Part shown: piece by piece, positions 26,458 to 38,414 of the stretch
How the letters are laid out: the number at the start of each line of letters is the position of its first letter
How positions within the stretch are numbered: the first letter of the stretch is position 1
DNA from: Stellaceae bacterium
GTDB lineage: Bacteria > Pseudomonadota > Alphaproteobacteria > ATCC43930 > CGMCC-115725
Direction: 5' to 3'
Length of the DNA stretch: 64,000 bases
Assembly: GCA_035504075.1 (NCBI GenBank)
Contig: DATJSO010000022.1
Coordinates: 697 to 64,696 of the forward strand
Translations under genes and position numbers: made by a program
Notes under the pieces: generated by a model
The model's input: only the letters and a program-made list of their open reading frames with translations
Database searches by the model: none
What the model was told of the DNA's origin: nothing

Positions 26458-28713
26458 ATGGCGGATCAACAGGCGATACCCAACGGATACCCGGGCTTTT
26501 CCGGCCGCATCGGCCGCACCCGCGAGGATTCCGAGCCGCACTGGACACCGCCGCTGCGCGCTCGGCCCGGCTCGCCCAACATCGTCATCGTCTTTATGGA
26601 CGACATGGGCTGGGCCGATGTCGGCTGCTACGGCTCGGAGATCGCGACGCCGAATATCGATGCGCTGGCCGGGCGCGGCATCCGCTTCAACCACTACACG
26701 ACGCACCCGATCTGCTCGCCGGCGCGCGCCGCGCTGCTGACGGGCCGCAACGCGCATTCTGTCGCGACCGGCTGGCTTGCCAACAACAACCCCGGTTTTC
26801 CCGGTTATTTCGGCGACATTCCGTTGGACGCGCCGACGATCGCCGAGACCTTGCGCGCAGCCGGCTACGCGACGGTCGCGGTCGGCAAATGGCACAATTC
26901 GACAAACGGCGCCGCACCCAACCCGACCTGGCCGACCCATCGCGGCTTCGACCGCTTCTACGGCTTCCTCGAAGGCGAGACGAGCTACTTCTTTCCGGCC
27001 CGCATCGTCTACAACAACATCGTCGCGCCGATCGACGAATATCCGTCGGGCTATTATGCGACCGACGACTGGATGGACAAGGCGATCGGCTTTCTGACCG
27101 AGATCCGCAACCAGAACCCCGCGCAGCCGTTCTTCCTCTACGTCGCGAACAACGCGGTGCACGGGCCCTTGCAGGCGAAGGAGGCCGATCTCGCCAAATA
27201 CCGCGGCCGTTACGGAGCCGGCTGGGACGAGATGCGCGCGGCGCGGCTGGAGCGGCAACTCGCGCTCGGCATCGTGCCGCGGGGCACGCAACTCTCCGAT
27301 CGCGACCCGCTCGTGCCGGCCTGGGACGATGTGCCGGCCGAACACCGGGCGCTGTTTGCCCGCCACATGGAAACCTATGCAGCGATGCTCGACTGCGCCG
27401 ACCAGAATTTCGGCCGCCTCGTAGCGTTCCTCGAGCGCCTCGGCGAACTCGACAACACGATCATCGTTTTTTCGTCTGACAACGGCGGCACGAATTCTGC
27501 GGGGCCCGGCGGCAACATCCATTTCAACCGCCGTTTCGCCGGGCTGCCCGCCCTGCCGACCGCGACCGATGTCGAGCGCCAGGCGTGGATCGGCAGCGGC
27601 CGCGCTTCGGCGGTCTATCCGATGGGCTGGGCGCAGGTTTCAAACGCACCCTTCCCTTCCTACAAAACCTATACCGGCGGCGGCGGGCGGCGCGTCAGCT
27701 GCATCATTTCCTGGCCCGGCCAGTTCACCGACATCGGCGCGATCCGCCCGCAATTCGCGCATGTCATCGACGTGATGCCAACGCTGCTCGACCTCGCCGC
27801 CGTTGAGCCGCTCCAGGTGTCGCATGGCCGCGAGGCAAAGCCGATGCAGGGCAAGAGCCTGGCGCCGGTATTGCGGAACGCCGCGCAGCCGGCGCCGCGC
27901 AGCGAGCAGTATTACGAATGCTGGGCCAACCGCGCCTACTATCGCGACGGCTGGGTCGCCGTGTCGCTGCAAAAGCGCGGCGAGGCGATCGATTTCGACA
28001 ACTGGACCCTGCATGCCCACTCGGAAGACTTTTCCGAAAGCATCGACCTGCGCCGCCAGCACCCGGAGAAACTTAAGGAATTGGTTGAAGCTTTCGATCT
28101 AACGGCGTGGGAAAATATGGTTTACCCGCTCGATAACCGCACGCCGACGCAGAAATTCAACGAATTGCCGCCGCATCAGCGGCCGCCGGCAGGCGGAAGG
28201 CGGCGCTTTCTGCCGGGATCGCAGACCGTGCATCGCGGCGTCGTGACGCCGCTCCTCGCCGACCGCAATTTCACGATCGCGGCGCATATCCGCCACGGCG
28301 AGCGCGACGCAGGCATCTTGTTCGCGGTCGGCGACGTGACGGGCGGCCTCGTCGTTTATATCGAGGGCGGTCGGCTGCGCCTCAGCTATAACGGTTTCGG
28401 CGAGTTCCGCACGCTCGAAGGCCCACCGGTCGAAGCCGGCGAACTTACGGCGGCGCTCGAATACGAGGCATTGGGAAAGCGGCGCGGCCGTGGTCGTCTC
28501 ACCCTCGGTCAGCGCAGCGGCGGTTGGGGCGACCTCTCGCCGACTTTGATGAACGGCATGCACGAGGGCCTCGATATCGGCCTCGACCGCCGCGCTCCGG
28601 TCGATTGGGACCTCTACGAGCGGCACGGCGTCTTCCGCTATTCCGGCACGATCGACGAGGTCGTCATCGAGTCCGGCGCGTTCGCGCCCGATTCCCCATA
28701 CGGCAAGGCCTGA
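26458..28713 (+). CDS. Arylsulfatase (formylglycine-dependent, long form with C-terminal extra domain), no signal peptide
   Basis: NIVIVFMDDMGWAD..., sulfatase signature CSPARAALLTGR, NNAVHGP. About 750 aa; I start it at ATG 26458. Confidence 0.85.
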   Translation: MADQQAIPNGYPGFSGRIGRTREDSEPHWTPPLRARPGSPNIVIVFMDDMGWADVGCYGSEIATPNIDALAGRGIRFNHYTTHPICSPARAALLTGRNAHSVATGWLANNNPGFPGYFGDIPLDAPTIAETLRAAGYATVAVGKWHNSTNGAAPNPTWPTHRGFDRFYGFLEGETSYFFPARIVYNNIVAPIDEYPSGYYATDDWMDKAIGFLTEIRNQNPAQPFFLYVANNAVHGPLQAKEADLAKYRGRYGAGWDEMRAARLERQLALGIVPRGTQLSDRDPLVPAWDDVPAEHRALFARHMETYAAMLDCADQNFGRLVAFLERLGELDNTIIVFSSDNGGTNSAGPGGNIHFNRRFAGLPALPTATDVERQAWIGSGRASAVYPMGWAQVSNAPFPSYKTYTGGGGRRVSCIISWPGQFTDIGAIRPQFAHVIDVMPTLLDLAAVEPLQVSHGREAKPMQGKSLAPVLRNAAQPAPRSEQYYECWANRAYYRDGWVAVSLQKRGEAIDFDNWTLHAHSEDFSESIDLRRQHPEKLKELVEAFDLTAWENMVYPLDNRTPTQKFNELPPHQRPPAGGRRRFLPGSQTVHRGVVTPLLADRNFTIAAHIRHGERDAGILFAVGDVTGGLVVYIEGGRLRLSYNGFGEFRTLEGPPVEAGELTAALEYEALGKRRGRGRLTLGQRSGGWGDLSPTLMNGMHEGLDIGLDRRAPVDWDLYERHGVFRYSGTIDEVVIESGAFAPDSPYGKA

Positions 28714-28722
28714 GGCAGCGCG

Positions 28723-29154
28723 ATGGACCTGCCGCCGGGTCTCCGCCTCAGCTTCGAAAACAACCCTTCGTGGGACGACCGGGAGTTTGTCGACGAGTCC
28801 TTGGGGCGCTACAACGAACAGTTCCTCGAGGATTCGCGCTGGTCTTATTTCGCCGTTTTTGTACGCGCCGCGGATTGGGCGATCCACGCCGGGCTGGTCG
28901 GCAGTTGCTATGCCGGCTGGCTCCACATCAACCTGCTGTGGGTCACCGAGTCGTTGCGCCGCACCGGCATCGGCACAGGCTTGATGGCCGAGGCCGAGCG
29001 CCACGGCCGGGCATTCGGCTGCCACTCCGCCTGGGTCGATACGTTCACGTTCCAAGGCCCGGATTTCTACCCGCGGCTCGGCTATCGGGAATTCTCGCGC
29101 CTCGAGATGCCGCCGGGCCACGCGCGCCTCTTCTTCCAGAAACAGTTGACATGA
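28723..29154 (+). CDS. GNAT-family N-acetyltransferase
   Basis: LWVTESLRRTGIGTGLMAEAERHG motif; 143 aa. Confidence 0.75.
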   Translation: MDLPPGLRLSFENNPSWDDREFVDESLGRYNEQFLEDSRWSYFAVFVRAADWAIHAGLVGSCYAGWLHINLLWVTESLRRTGIGTGLMAEAERHGRAFGCHSAWVDTFTFQGPDFYPRLGYREFSRLEMPPGHARLFFQKQLT

Positions 29155-29942
29155 ACGAGCGTCCGATCGGCCGGCTGGCGGCGATCATGGCGCGGCTGCG
29201 CGACCCCGAGCGCGGCTGTCCGTGGGACCGGGAGCAGAATTTCGCGACGATCGCGCCCTACACGATCGAGGAAGCCTACGAAGTCGCCGACGCGATCGAG
29301 CGCGGTGACATCGCGGCCTTGAAGGATGAACTGGGCGACCTGTTGTTTCAGGTCGTCTTTCACGCCCGCATGGCCGAGGAAGCCGGCCATTTCGTGTTCG
29401 ACGATGTCGTCGCTGCAATCAGCGACAAGATGGTGCGGCGGCATCCGCACGTCTTCGGCGATGCCGCGATCGCTTCGGCGGCCGCGCAAGCCGAGGCTTG
29501 GGAAGCGCACAAGGCAAAGGAGCGCGCCGAAAAAGGCGAGGCGGCGAGCGTCATCGACGGCGTCGCACTGGCCCTCCCCGCCCTGCTGCGCGCCGCCAAG
29601 ATCTCGCAGCGCGCCGCCCGCATCGGCTTTGACTGGCCCGACGCCGACGGCGTGATCGAAAAGATTGAAGAGGAACTCGACGAGATCGATGACGCGATCG
29701 ATGACGGTCGCAGCCGCGAGGCCGTTGACGAGGAAGTCGGCGATCTGTTGTTCGCCTGCGCCAACCTCGCTCGCAAGCTCGATATCGAGCCGGAAACGGC
29801 GCTGCGCCGCGCCACCGCCAAATTCGAGCGCCGCTTCCGCCAAATCGAGGCCTTGGCGCGAGAGCGCGGCATCGGCCGCGACCTTGCCGCGCTCGAAGAA
29901 TTATGGCACGAGGTAAAGACGGCCGAAAAATCACCGCAGTGA
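29151..29942 (+). CDS. mazG: Nucleoside triphosphate pyrophosphohydrolase MazG
   Basis: CPWDREQNFATIAPYTIEEAYEVADAI and a second EEVGDLLF repeat. The ATG overlaps the upstream stop (ATGA). Confidence 0.9.
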   Translation: MNERPIGRLAAIMARLRDPERGCPWDREQNFATIAPYTIEEAYEVADAIERGDIAALKDELGDLLFQVVFHARMAEEAGHFVFDDVVAAISDKMVRRHPHVFGDAAIASAAAQAEAWEAHKAKERAEKGEAASVIDGVALALPALLRAAKISQRAARIGFDWPDADGVIEKIEEELDEIDDAIDDGRSREAVDEEVGDLLFACANLARKLDIEPETALRRATAKFERRFRQIEALARERGIGRDLAALEELWHEVKTAEKSPQ

Positions 29943-30022
29943 AGCCGCGAAGAACACGGCGATTTCCGGCACGGTCGGGGCGAGGGCGCACAGGCCGGCC
30001 GGCCCGACGGCGTAGTGCGCCG

Positions 30023-31345
30023 TCAATGCAGCCGCTGGCGGTGCCGCAGGCGGCCGAGATCGGCCTCCGAAAGGCGTACCGAGAGGTGCGCCGCCTCGCT
30101 GTCGTCACGCCGGCCCAGCACCTCGCCATGCGCGTAGATCCACGCCAGCGTCTTGCCGTCCGACAACGGCACGTCGAGCCGCACGGCGCGGGCGCCGTCT
30201 TCGAACCGGTGATCGAGCAGCCGCAACAACCCCTCGCACCCCTCGCCCGTCGCCGCCGACAACGCGACGGTCAGCAAATTGCGCTGCGCCTGGTTCATCA
30301 GGCTGGCGCGTTCGGACGGCTCCAGCAGATCGACCTTGTTCAAGACTTCGACCATGCCGTCCTCGGCCGGCTCGCCAAGGCCCAAATCGCCGAGCACGGT
30401 CAGAACATCGGCTTTTTGTGCCGCGCTGTCCGGGTGATGCGCGTCGCGCACATGCACGACGATGTCGGCCTCGGTCACCTCTTCGAGCGTCGCGCGGAAG
30501 GCCGCGACGAGATGCGTCGGCAGATCGGAGATGAAACCCACCGTGTCGGACAGGATCGCCTGCCGGCCGGACGGCATGTCGAGCCGGCGCATCGTCGGGT
30601 CGAGCGTCGCGAACAGCATGTCCTCGGCGCCGACCGACGCGCGGGTCAGCCGGTTGAACAGCGTCGATTTGCCGGCGTTCGTATAGCCGACCAGCGCGAC
30701 AACCGGATAGGGCACGCGACGACGCGCCTCGCGGTGCAGCCCGCGCGTGCGCTTTACCTCGTCGAGTTCCTTGCGCAGCCGCGCGATCCGCTCGCCGATC
30801 AGCCGTCGGTCGATCTCGAGCTGGCTCTCGCCCGGGCCGCCGAGGAAGCCGAAGCCGCCGCGCTGGCGCTCCAGATGCGTCCATGACCGCACGAGCCGCG
30901 AGCGCTGATACGACAAGGCTGCCAGTTCGACCTGCAGCCGCCCCTCATGGGTGCGGGCGCGGGCGCCGAAGATTTCGAGGATGAGGCCGGTGCGGTCGAT
31001 GACCTTGGCTTGCCAGCTGCGCTCGAGGTTGCGCTGCTGCACTGGCGACAACGGCGCATCGACGACGACGAGGCCGATTTCATTGTCGGCGATGACGCCG
31101 CGCAATTTTTCGACCGTGCCGCGGCCGAACAGCATCGCCGGCGCCGGCCGCGCCAGCCGCACGATCTCGGCGCGCACGACCTCGCGGTCGATCGCCCGTG
31201 CCAGTCCGACCGACTCGGCAAGACGCGCTTCGAGCGAGCGCGGCACCGGCTCGCCGTCGCGGCGGCCGGACGCGCTCCTGATTGCAGGGTGAACGACCAG
31301 CGCGCGGCTGGTCGGCGCGTCGGCGCCAGCTGCGCCGCGGCTCAG
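30023..31345 (-). CDS. hflX: GTPase HflX (start codon unresolved)
   Basis: [25 protein letters not shown] and NKVD G-motifs. There is no canonical start between the hfq stop and the conserved N-terminus (see findings). The ORF-track start is TTG 31474, inside hfq. Confidence 0.85.
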   Translation of the reverse strand: MSRGAAGADAPTSRALVVHPAIRSASGRRDGEPVPRSLEARLAESVGLARAIDREVVRAEIVRLARPAPAMLFGRGTVEKLRGVIADNEIGLVVVDAPLSPVQQRNLERSWQAKVIDRTGLILEIFGARARTHEGRLQVELAALSYQRSRLVRSWTHLERQRGGFGFLGGPGESQLEIDRRLIGERIARLRKELDEVKRTRGLHREARRRVPYPVVALVGYTNAGKSTLFNRLTRASVGAEDMLFATLDPTMRRLDMPSGRQAILSDTVGFISDLPTHLVAAFRATLEEVTEADIVVHVRDAHHPDSAAQKADVLTVLGDLGLGEPAEDGMVEVLNKVDLLEPSERASLMNQAQRNLLTVALSAATGEGCEGLLRLLDHRFEDGARAVRLDVPLSDGKTLAWIYAHGEVLGRRDDSEAAHLSVRLSEADLGRLRHRQRLH

Positions 31346-31590
31346 AGTTCGCCGCCCTCCTTGCCCTCGAACAGCTGGATCGGCTGCGCCGGCATCACCG
31401 TCGAGATCGCGTGTTTGTAGACCAGCTGCGAGTGGGCGTCGCGCCGCAGCAGCACGCAGAAATTGTCGAACCAAGTGATAATTCCCTGCAATTTGACGCC
31501 GTTGACGAGAAACACCGTAACCGGCGTCTTGTTCTTGCGAACGTGGTTTAAAAACACGTCTTGAACATTCTGATTTTTCTCGGTTGACAT
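31342..31590 (-). CDS. hfq: RNA chaperone Hfq
   Basis: [39 protein letters not shown] is the Sm1/Sm2 core; 82 aa. Confidence 0.97.
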   Translation of the reverse strand: MSTEKNQNVQDVFLNHVRKNKTPVTVFLVNGVKLQGIITWFDNFCVLLRRDAHSQLVYKHAISTVMPAQPIQLFEGKEGGEL

Positions 31591-31663
31591 GGGTAGTCTC
31601 CCATCGTTTTTGGAGCCGGAGGACAGGCTCGGGCGGGGTCGCAGGTTTCGGGCTATGCGTGCC

Positions 31664-32362
31664 CTACGAAGATGGGCGCGCGGGATTGAAGCGCAACCCC
31701 TGCAAGGCACGAAACAGGCTCGCGTCGTCCGCGAATGATAGGTGCGGCGCGCAGCGCGCAGACAACTCGACGCCGCCGTCGCCGAGCAATACCGCGATAC
31801 AGCCGCTGTTGCGGGCGCACTCCATGTCGATGTCGGTGTCGCCGACGAACCAGACCTCTTCGCCGGCCGCGATCCCGCTCGGCGCCAGCGCAAGGTGCAC
31901 CGGTTCGCAAGCCGGTTTGTCAGCGGTCGCGTCGCCGGCGCCGACGATGCTGCCAAACAGCGCCGACCAACCCAGGCGCGTGACTTCGCGCCGCAGCAAT
32001 TCACCGGTTTTGTTGCTGACGATGCCGAGATAGACGCCCTGCCCCGCCAGGTGGCGCAGCAGCGCGTCACGGCCAGGCAGCGCCTGCAGCCGATCGAGAT
32101 GGATCGTCCGGAAATGTTCGAGGTAGATGTCGCGCGCCTCTTCCCAGCGCGCCCCGAAATGCAGCGGGAACGCCTCGCGCAGGCTCAGCCGCACCCTCGC
32201 CTGGGTCTCCGCCAGCGACCATTCCGGCCGCGCCATCGCGCGCAACAGGAAATTCAGTGCTTCGTGGATCGTCGCCCAGCTGTCGACGAGGGTGTTGTCC
32301 CAGTCGAACAGGATCGCCCGCGGCGCAACGCCGGCGGAACGGCCGGTCGGCGGCGCGTTCAT
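31664..32362 (-). CDS. HAD-superfamily hydrolase (phosphoglycolate phosphatase-like)
   Basis: [12 protein letters not shown] (DxDxT), SNK and GDTDIDM motifs. Confidence 0.8.
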   Translation of the reverse strand: MNAPPTGRSAGVAPRAILFDWDNTLVDSWATIHEALNFLLRAMARPEWSLAETQARVRLSLREAFPLHFGARWEEARDIYLEHFRTIHLDRLQALPGRDALLRHLAGQGVYLGIVSNKTGELLRREVTRLGWSALFGSIVGAGDATADKPACEPVHLALAPSGIAAGEEVWFVGDTDIDMECARNSGCIAVLLGDGGVELSARCAPHLSFADDASLFRALQGLRFNPARPSS

Positions 32363-33210
32363 CGGCCGCCGAGATGCGCCAGATAGGCAGCGCGCAGCTT
32401 CTGCGTCAGCAAGCCGGGGTGGCCGTTACCTACCGGCGCTTCGTCGATGCGCACGACCGGCAAGACGTCGCAAGTCGTGCTGGTCAGAAACGCTTCGCGC
32501 GCCGCTTTCGCCTCGGCGATCGTGAACGGCCGCTCGTCAAACCGGCACCCTTCTCGCTCGATGACTTCGATCAGCGCCATGCGGGTGACGCCGTTCAGGA
32601 TCGCATGGTCGGCCGGATGCGTCACGATGGCGCCATCGGCGGTGACGATCCAGGCGTTCGTCGAGGCACCTTCGGTGATCCGGCCGGCGGCGTCGACCTG
32701 CCAGGCTTCGAACGCGCCGGCCTCGCGCGCCTGCTGCTTGCCGAGCACATTGGGCAACAGCGCAACCGATTTGATGTCGCAGCGCCGCCAGCGGATATCG
32801 GCGATCGTGACGACGGCGACGCCCTCTTCGGCAAGGCGCGGGTCGGGCGGTCGCGCGCGCCGCGCGGTGACGACCAGGGTCGGTCGCGCCGCTTTCGGGA
32901 AGGCGTGGTCGCGCGGCGCCGTACCGCGCGTCACTTGCAGATAGACGCTGCCGCGCGCGACCCGGTTGCGTCGGACGATTTCGCGCAGCACGATTTTCAG
33001 CGCTGCATCGGCGAGCGGCGGCGCGATGCGCAATTCGCCGAGCGAGCGATGCAGCCGCTCGAGGTGCCGCGCCTCGTCGACGAGCGCCACGCCGCGCACG
33101 GCGATGACCTCATAGGCACCGTCGGCAAATTGAAAGCCGCGGTCTTCGACATGCACTGCGGCGCTCGCGAGCGGCAGGTATCGGCCGTCGACATAGGCGA
33201 TCTGCGGCAT
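32359..33210 (-). CDS. Class IV aminotransferase (D-amino-acid transaminase-like)
   Basis: About 283 aa; FQFADGAYEV, LPNVLGKQQA and EGASTNAWIV are typical of fold-type IV PLP enzymes. Confidence 0.78.
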   Translation of the reverse strand: MPQIAYVDGRYLPLASAAVHVEDRGFQFADGAYEVIAVRGVALVDEARHLERLHRSLGELRIAPPLADAALKIVLREIVRRNRVARGSVYLQVTRGTAPRDHAFPKAARPTLVVTARRARPPDPRLAEEGVAVVTIADIRWRRCDIKSVALLPNVLGKQQAREAGAFEAWQVDAAGRITEGASTNAWIVTADGAIVTHPADHAILNGVTRMALIEVIEREGCRFDERPFTIAEAKAAREAFLTSTTCDVLPVVRIDEAPVGNGHPGLLTQKLRAAYLAHLGGR

Positions 33211-33213
33211 GGC

Positions 33214-34614
33214 TCACGTACCGACCTTGAGCTGCCGTTCGTTGCCGAACACGCCCAGCGATTTGAGTTTTCGATGCAGGGCCGAGCGCTCCATGCCGAC
33301 GAATGAGGCGGTGCGCGAAATGTTGCCACCGAACCGCGTCACCTGCGCCAGCAGGTATTCGCGCTCGAACACTTCGCGCGCGTCGCGCAATGGCAATGTC
33401 ATGATTTCGCTGCCTTTGTCCCATTTGACGACTGATGGCGCGATCGCCGTGATCTCGTTGGGCAGCATGTCGGCGCGCACCGGCTCGCTCGCATCGCCCG
33501 GCGCCATGATCAGCAGCCAGTCTATGACGTTGCGCAGCTGCCGAACGTTGCCGGGCCAGGTATAGGCCTGCAGGGCGGCCATCGCGTCCTCGCCGAATTC
33601 GCGCGTCTCGATACGCGCCGCGTCGGCGCCCCGCGCCATGAAATGGCGGGCGAGAATCGGGATGTCTTCGCGCCGTTCGCGCAGCGGCGGCACGCGGATC
33701 GGCACGACATTGAGGCGGTAGAACAAATCCTCGCGGAACCGGCCGCCGGCGATCTCGGCCGCCAGGTCGCGGTTCGTCGAGGCAACGACGCGGACATCGA
33801 CCTCGACGCGGCGCGACCCGCCGACTCGCTCGAAGGTCTGCTCCTGCAACGCGCGCACGATCTTGCCCTGGGTCTCCAGCGGCATGTCGGCCACCTCGTC
33901 GAGAAACAGCGTGCCGCCGTGCGCCCGCTCGAATGTGCCGATCTTGCGCGGCGTGCCGTCGCCGTTGGCCTCGCATCCGAACAGCTCGATCTCCAGCCGA
34001 TCGGGGCGCATCGTCGCGCAATTGACCGCGACGAACGGGCCCTCGGCACGGCGCGAGCGGGCATGCAGCAGGCGCCCGACCACCTCCTTGCCGGCGCCGG
34101 GCGCGCCGGTGATCATGACGCGGCTGCCGGTCGGCGCAACGCGCTCGATCTGCTGGCGCAACTGGTTGATCGCCGGTGAGGCGCCGACCAGGTCGAGGTC
34201 GCCGCCGGCGCGCAATTTCAGCTCGGCGTTCTCGCGGCGCAGCTGGGCGGCCTCGATCGCGCGCGCGACGACGAGCAGCAGGCGGTCGGCCTTGAACGGC
34301 TTTTCGATGAAGTCGTAGGCGCCGATCTTGATCGCCTCGACCGCGGTCTCGATCGTGCCGTGGCCGCTGATCATGACAACGGGAACCGACGGCATCTCGG
34401 CGCGCATCCGACGCAGGATCTCAATACCGTCGAGTTCGCTGCCCTGCAGCCAGATGTCGAGGATGACGAGCGTCGGCTGGCGCGCGTGGATCGCCGCCAA
34501 TGTCGCATCGCTGTCGGCGGCGTCGCGCGTCGCATAGCCCTCGTCGCGCAACACCCCCCCGATCAGCAGGCGGATGTCGGCTTCGTCGTCGACGATCAGG
34601 ATGTCATGCGCCAT
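33214..34614 (-). CDS. ntrX: Sigma-54-dependent-type response regulator NtrX
   Basis: REC domain (ILIVDDEADIR), AAA+ domain ([17 protein letters not shown]) and a C-terminal HTH. Immediately follows ntrY. Confidence 0.9.
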   Translation of the reverse strand: MAHDILIVDDEADIRLLIGGVLRDEGYATRDAADSDATLAAIHARQPTLVILDIWLQGSELDGIEILRRMRAEMPSVPVVMISGHGTIETAVEAIKIGAYDFIEKPFKADRLLLVVARAIEAAQLRRENAELKLRAGGDLDLVGASPAINQLRQQIERVAPTGSRVMITGAPGAGKEVVGRLLHARSRRAEGPFVAVNCATMRPDRLEIELFGCEANGDGTPRKIGTFERAHGGTLFLDEVADMPLETQGKIVRALQEQTFERVGGSRRVEVDVRVVASTNRDLAAEIAGGRFREDLFYRLNVVPIRVPPLRERREDIPILARHFMARGADAARIETREFGEDAMAALQAYTWPGNVRQLRNVIDWLLIMAPGDASEPVRADMLPNEITAIAPSVVKWDKGSEIMTLPLRDAREVFEREYLLAQVTRFGGNISRTASFVGMERSALHRKLKSLGVFGNERQLKVGT

Positions 34615-36853
34615 GGCCGACCGAACTCAGCTCCGCGGGCAATTCCGGGGGAATCTGGCGGGGTGCGGGCTGCGCATCGGCGGTGAAGATCAGCCGCACG
34701 ACGGCGCCGCCACCGGCTCGGTCCGCCAATACCAACTCGCCATGGTGATCTTCCATGATCTTCTTGACGATGGCGAGGCCCAAGCCGGTGCCCTTCGAGC
34801 GGGTCGTCACGTAGGGTTCTGTCAGGCGCTCGCGGCCCTGCTGCGGCAGGCCCTTGCCGTTGTCCTCGACCGCCACGGCAAGGCGCCCCTCGGCCTCGAG
34901 TGTGACGGTGATCCGTCCGGCGGGGTTGGGGCCGCTTTCGACGAGTCGCGCCTCGATCGCCTCGACACCGTTCTTGATGATGTTGATCAAGGCCTGCCCG
35001 ACCAGGCGAGCGTCGCAGTTCAGCAACACCGGACGAGACGGGATCTGCACCGCGAACTGGATCGTCGGGTGCGCTGTGCGCTCGAGGAATGCCGCCTGCT
35101 GGACGATCGCCGCCAAATCTTCCGGTTTCAGCACCGGCGCCGGCATGCGGGCGAACGCGGAAAACTCATCGACCATTCGCCCGATATCCTCGACATGCCG
35201 CACGATCGTATCGGTGCAGATGCGGAATGTCTCCGGGTCCTTCTTGATCTCCTTCAGGTATCTGCGCCGCAGCCGTTCGGCCGACAGCTGGATCGGGGTC
35301 AGCGGGTTCTTGATCTCGTGAGCGATGCGGCGGGCGATGTCGGCCCAGGCGGCCTTGCGCTGCGCCGACAAGAGTTCGGTGATGTCGTCGAAGGTCACGA
35401 CGTAGCCGCGGATCTCGCGGTCGTCGTGTTCGGCGGCGATGCGCACAAGCAGCGTGCGGGTGCTGTTGCCGCCGGCGATTGCGACCTGCGCCTGGGCGAG
35501 GCGATCGGGACGCCGCGCCACCTCTTCGAGCAAGGTGGCCATCTCCGGCACGACATCGGCCAGATCTTCGCCGATTAGAGCGTCGAGATCGACGCCGAGC
35601 AGCGCCGAGGCGGTGCGGTTCGGCAGATGAACGCGGCCGCCGCGATCGAGGCCGATGACGCCGGCCGACACCCCGGTCAGCACCGTTTCGGTAAAGCGGC
35701 GGCGCTCGTCAAGCTTGCGATTGGCCTCGATCAGCTCGGCCTGCTGCGTCTGGATCTGGTTGGTCATGCGATTGAAGGCGCGGCTCAGCGAGGCCAACTC
35801 GTCGTCGCGCTCGCCCTCCGGCACGCGCGCCGACAAATCGCCGGCGCGCACCCGCTCGGCGGCGCCGACAAGGCGGCTGATCGGGTCGCCGAATTGCGCG
35901 GCAAAATGGATGCCGGTCGAGATCGCCGCGGCGAGGAACAGGATCGCTACCAGGATGTAGACCATCGCAAAAGTGATCTGAAACCCGGAGCGCTGGCCTT
36001 CGAGCTGCTGGTACTGCGCCGCCACGAGATGCGTCTGGTCGCGATGCGCCAGTACCCGCGCTTCGATAAAGCGCCCGACGTAAAGATAGAGCCCGGGGAA
36101 CTGATCGAGCTGAACCAGCGCGCGCACCCGCTCTTCCTTGTCGTCGGTCATCACGACGACCTCGCCCTCGGCGGCGCGCTGCAGGGCGCTCTTCGGAATA
36201 TCCTCAAAACCGAGGGCAAAGACGAGGCCCGTCGACGCGATCATCTTGCCGCTGCTGTTCACGACGGCGGCCTCGGTCAACCCGCGCATCGCCGCCTGTG
36301 CCGTCAACGCCGGCGCGAGCAACTGCGGGTTCATCTGCAAGGTCGGCGCATAACGGTCGAGATCGCTGGCCATGCCCAGCGCGTCACCACGGATCGCCTG
36401 CTGATGTTCCTTGACGTAGGCGTCGGCGACTGCGACCGATTCGGTGATCGCGGTCCGCACCTTGTCGCTGAACCACGCTTCAATGCCGAAGCTGAAAAAC
36501 ATGAACGAAAACACCGCGACGACGATCGTCGGCAGGATCGCAATGAGGCTGAACAGGCCGACCAGCCGCACCTGCAGGCGCGAGCCGGCAAGGCCCCGCC
36601 GCCGCTCCGCCCACACGTCGAAAAAGCGCTTCGCGACGACGGCCGCCAACGCCAGCAGCAGCACGAGATCGAGATTAAGCAGCGTCAGAACCGTGTTGGT
36701 GCCGTGGCGGCCGTGTCCAAACGGCATGGCGCCGGTCAGCGCCAGATAGGTCGCCAAGCCCGAGCCGGCCGCCGCAACGGCGAGCGCGATCGCGATTTGC
36801 CGCCACACGGACATCCCGCCGGCCCAATTGCGGACCCGTCGCGCGAGACTCAT
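34604..36853 (-). CDS. ntrY: Sensor histidine kinase NtrY
   Basis: N-terminal TM segments, HAMP, PAS, an H-box HEIKNPLTPIQLSAERL and an HATPase domain. ATG 36853 is preceded by AAGGA; GTG 36892 is an alternative start. Confidence 0.9.
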   Translation of the reverse strand: MSLARRVRNWAGGMSVWRQIAIALAVAAAGSGLATYLALTGAMPFGHGRHGTNTVLTLLNLDLVLLLALAAVVAKRFFDVWAERRRGLAGSRLQVRLVGLFSLIAILPTIVVAVFSFMFFSFGIEAWFSDKVRTAITESVAVADAYVKEHQQAIRGDALGMASDLDRYAPTLQMNPQLLAPALTAQAAMRGLTEAAVVNSSGKMIASTGLVFALGFEDIPKSALQRAAEGEVVVMTDDKEERVRALVQLDQFPGLYLYVGRFIEARVLAHRDQTHLVAAQYQQLEGQRSGFQITFAMVYILVAILFLAAAISTGIHFAAQFGDPISRLVGAAERVRAGDLSARVPEGERDDELASLSRAFNRMTNQIQTQQAELIEANRKLDERRRFTETVLTGVSAGVIGLDRGGRVHLPNRTASALLGVDLDALIGEDLADVVPEMATLLEEVARRPDRLAQAQVAIAGGNSTRTLLVRIAAEHDDREIRGYVVTFDDITELLSAQRKAAWADIARRIAHEIKNPLTPIQLSAERLRRRYLKEIKKDPETFRICTDTIVRHVEDIGRMVDEFSAFARMPAPVLKPEDLAAIVQQAAFLERTAHPTIQFAVQIPSRPVLLNCDARLVGQALINIIKNGVEAIEARLVESGPNPAGRITVTLEAEGRLAVAVEDNGKGLPQQGRERLTEPYVTTRSKGTGLGLAIVKKIMEDHHGELVLADRAGGGAVVRLIFTADAQPAPRQIPPELPAELSSVGHGA

Positions 36854-36958
36854 TCGATCCTTGACCCCCGCCGCCGAGACACGCGGCGGCACCGTGCAGC
36901 CGGCGGGAGCCGGCGGCCCGCCGCGACTCGCACGCTCAGCGAGCCGCGCCGGAAGAAT

Positions 36959-38410
<1,452 letters not shown>

Positions 38411-38414
38411 CGTG

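Noticed and set aside
28524-29150. Long ORF continuing upstream of mazG across the GNAT gene and the sulfatase 3' end (ORF 28524-29942).
   Set aside because: The upstream part is Arg-rich off-frame sequence overlapping two well-supported genes. MazG homology starts at ATG 29151.
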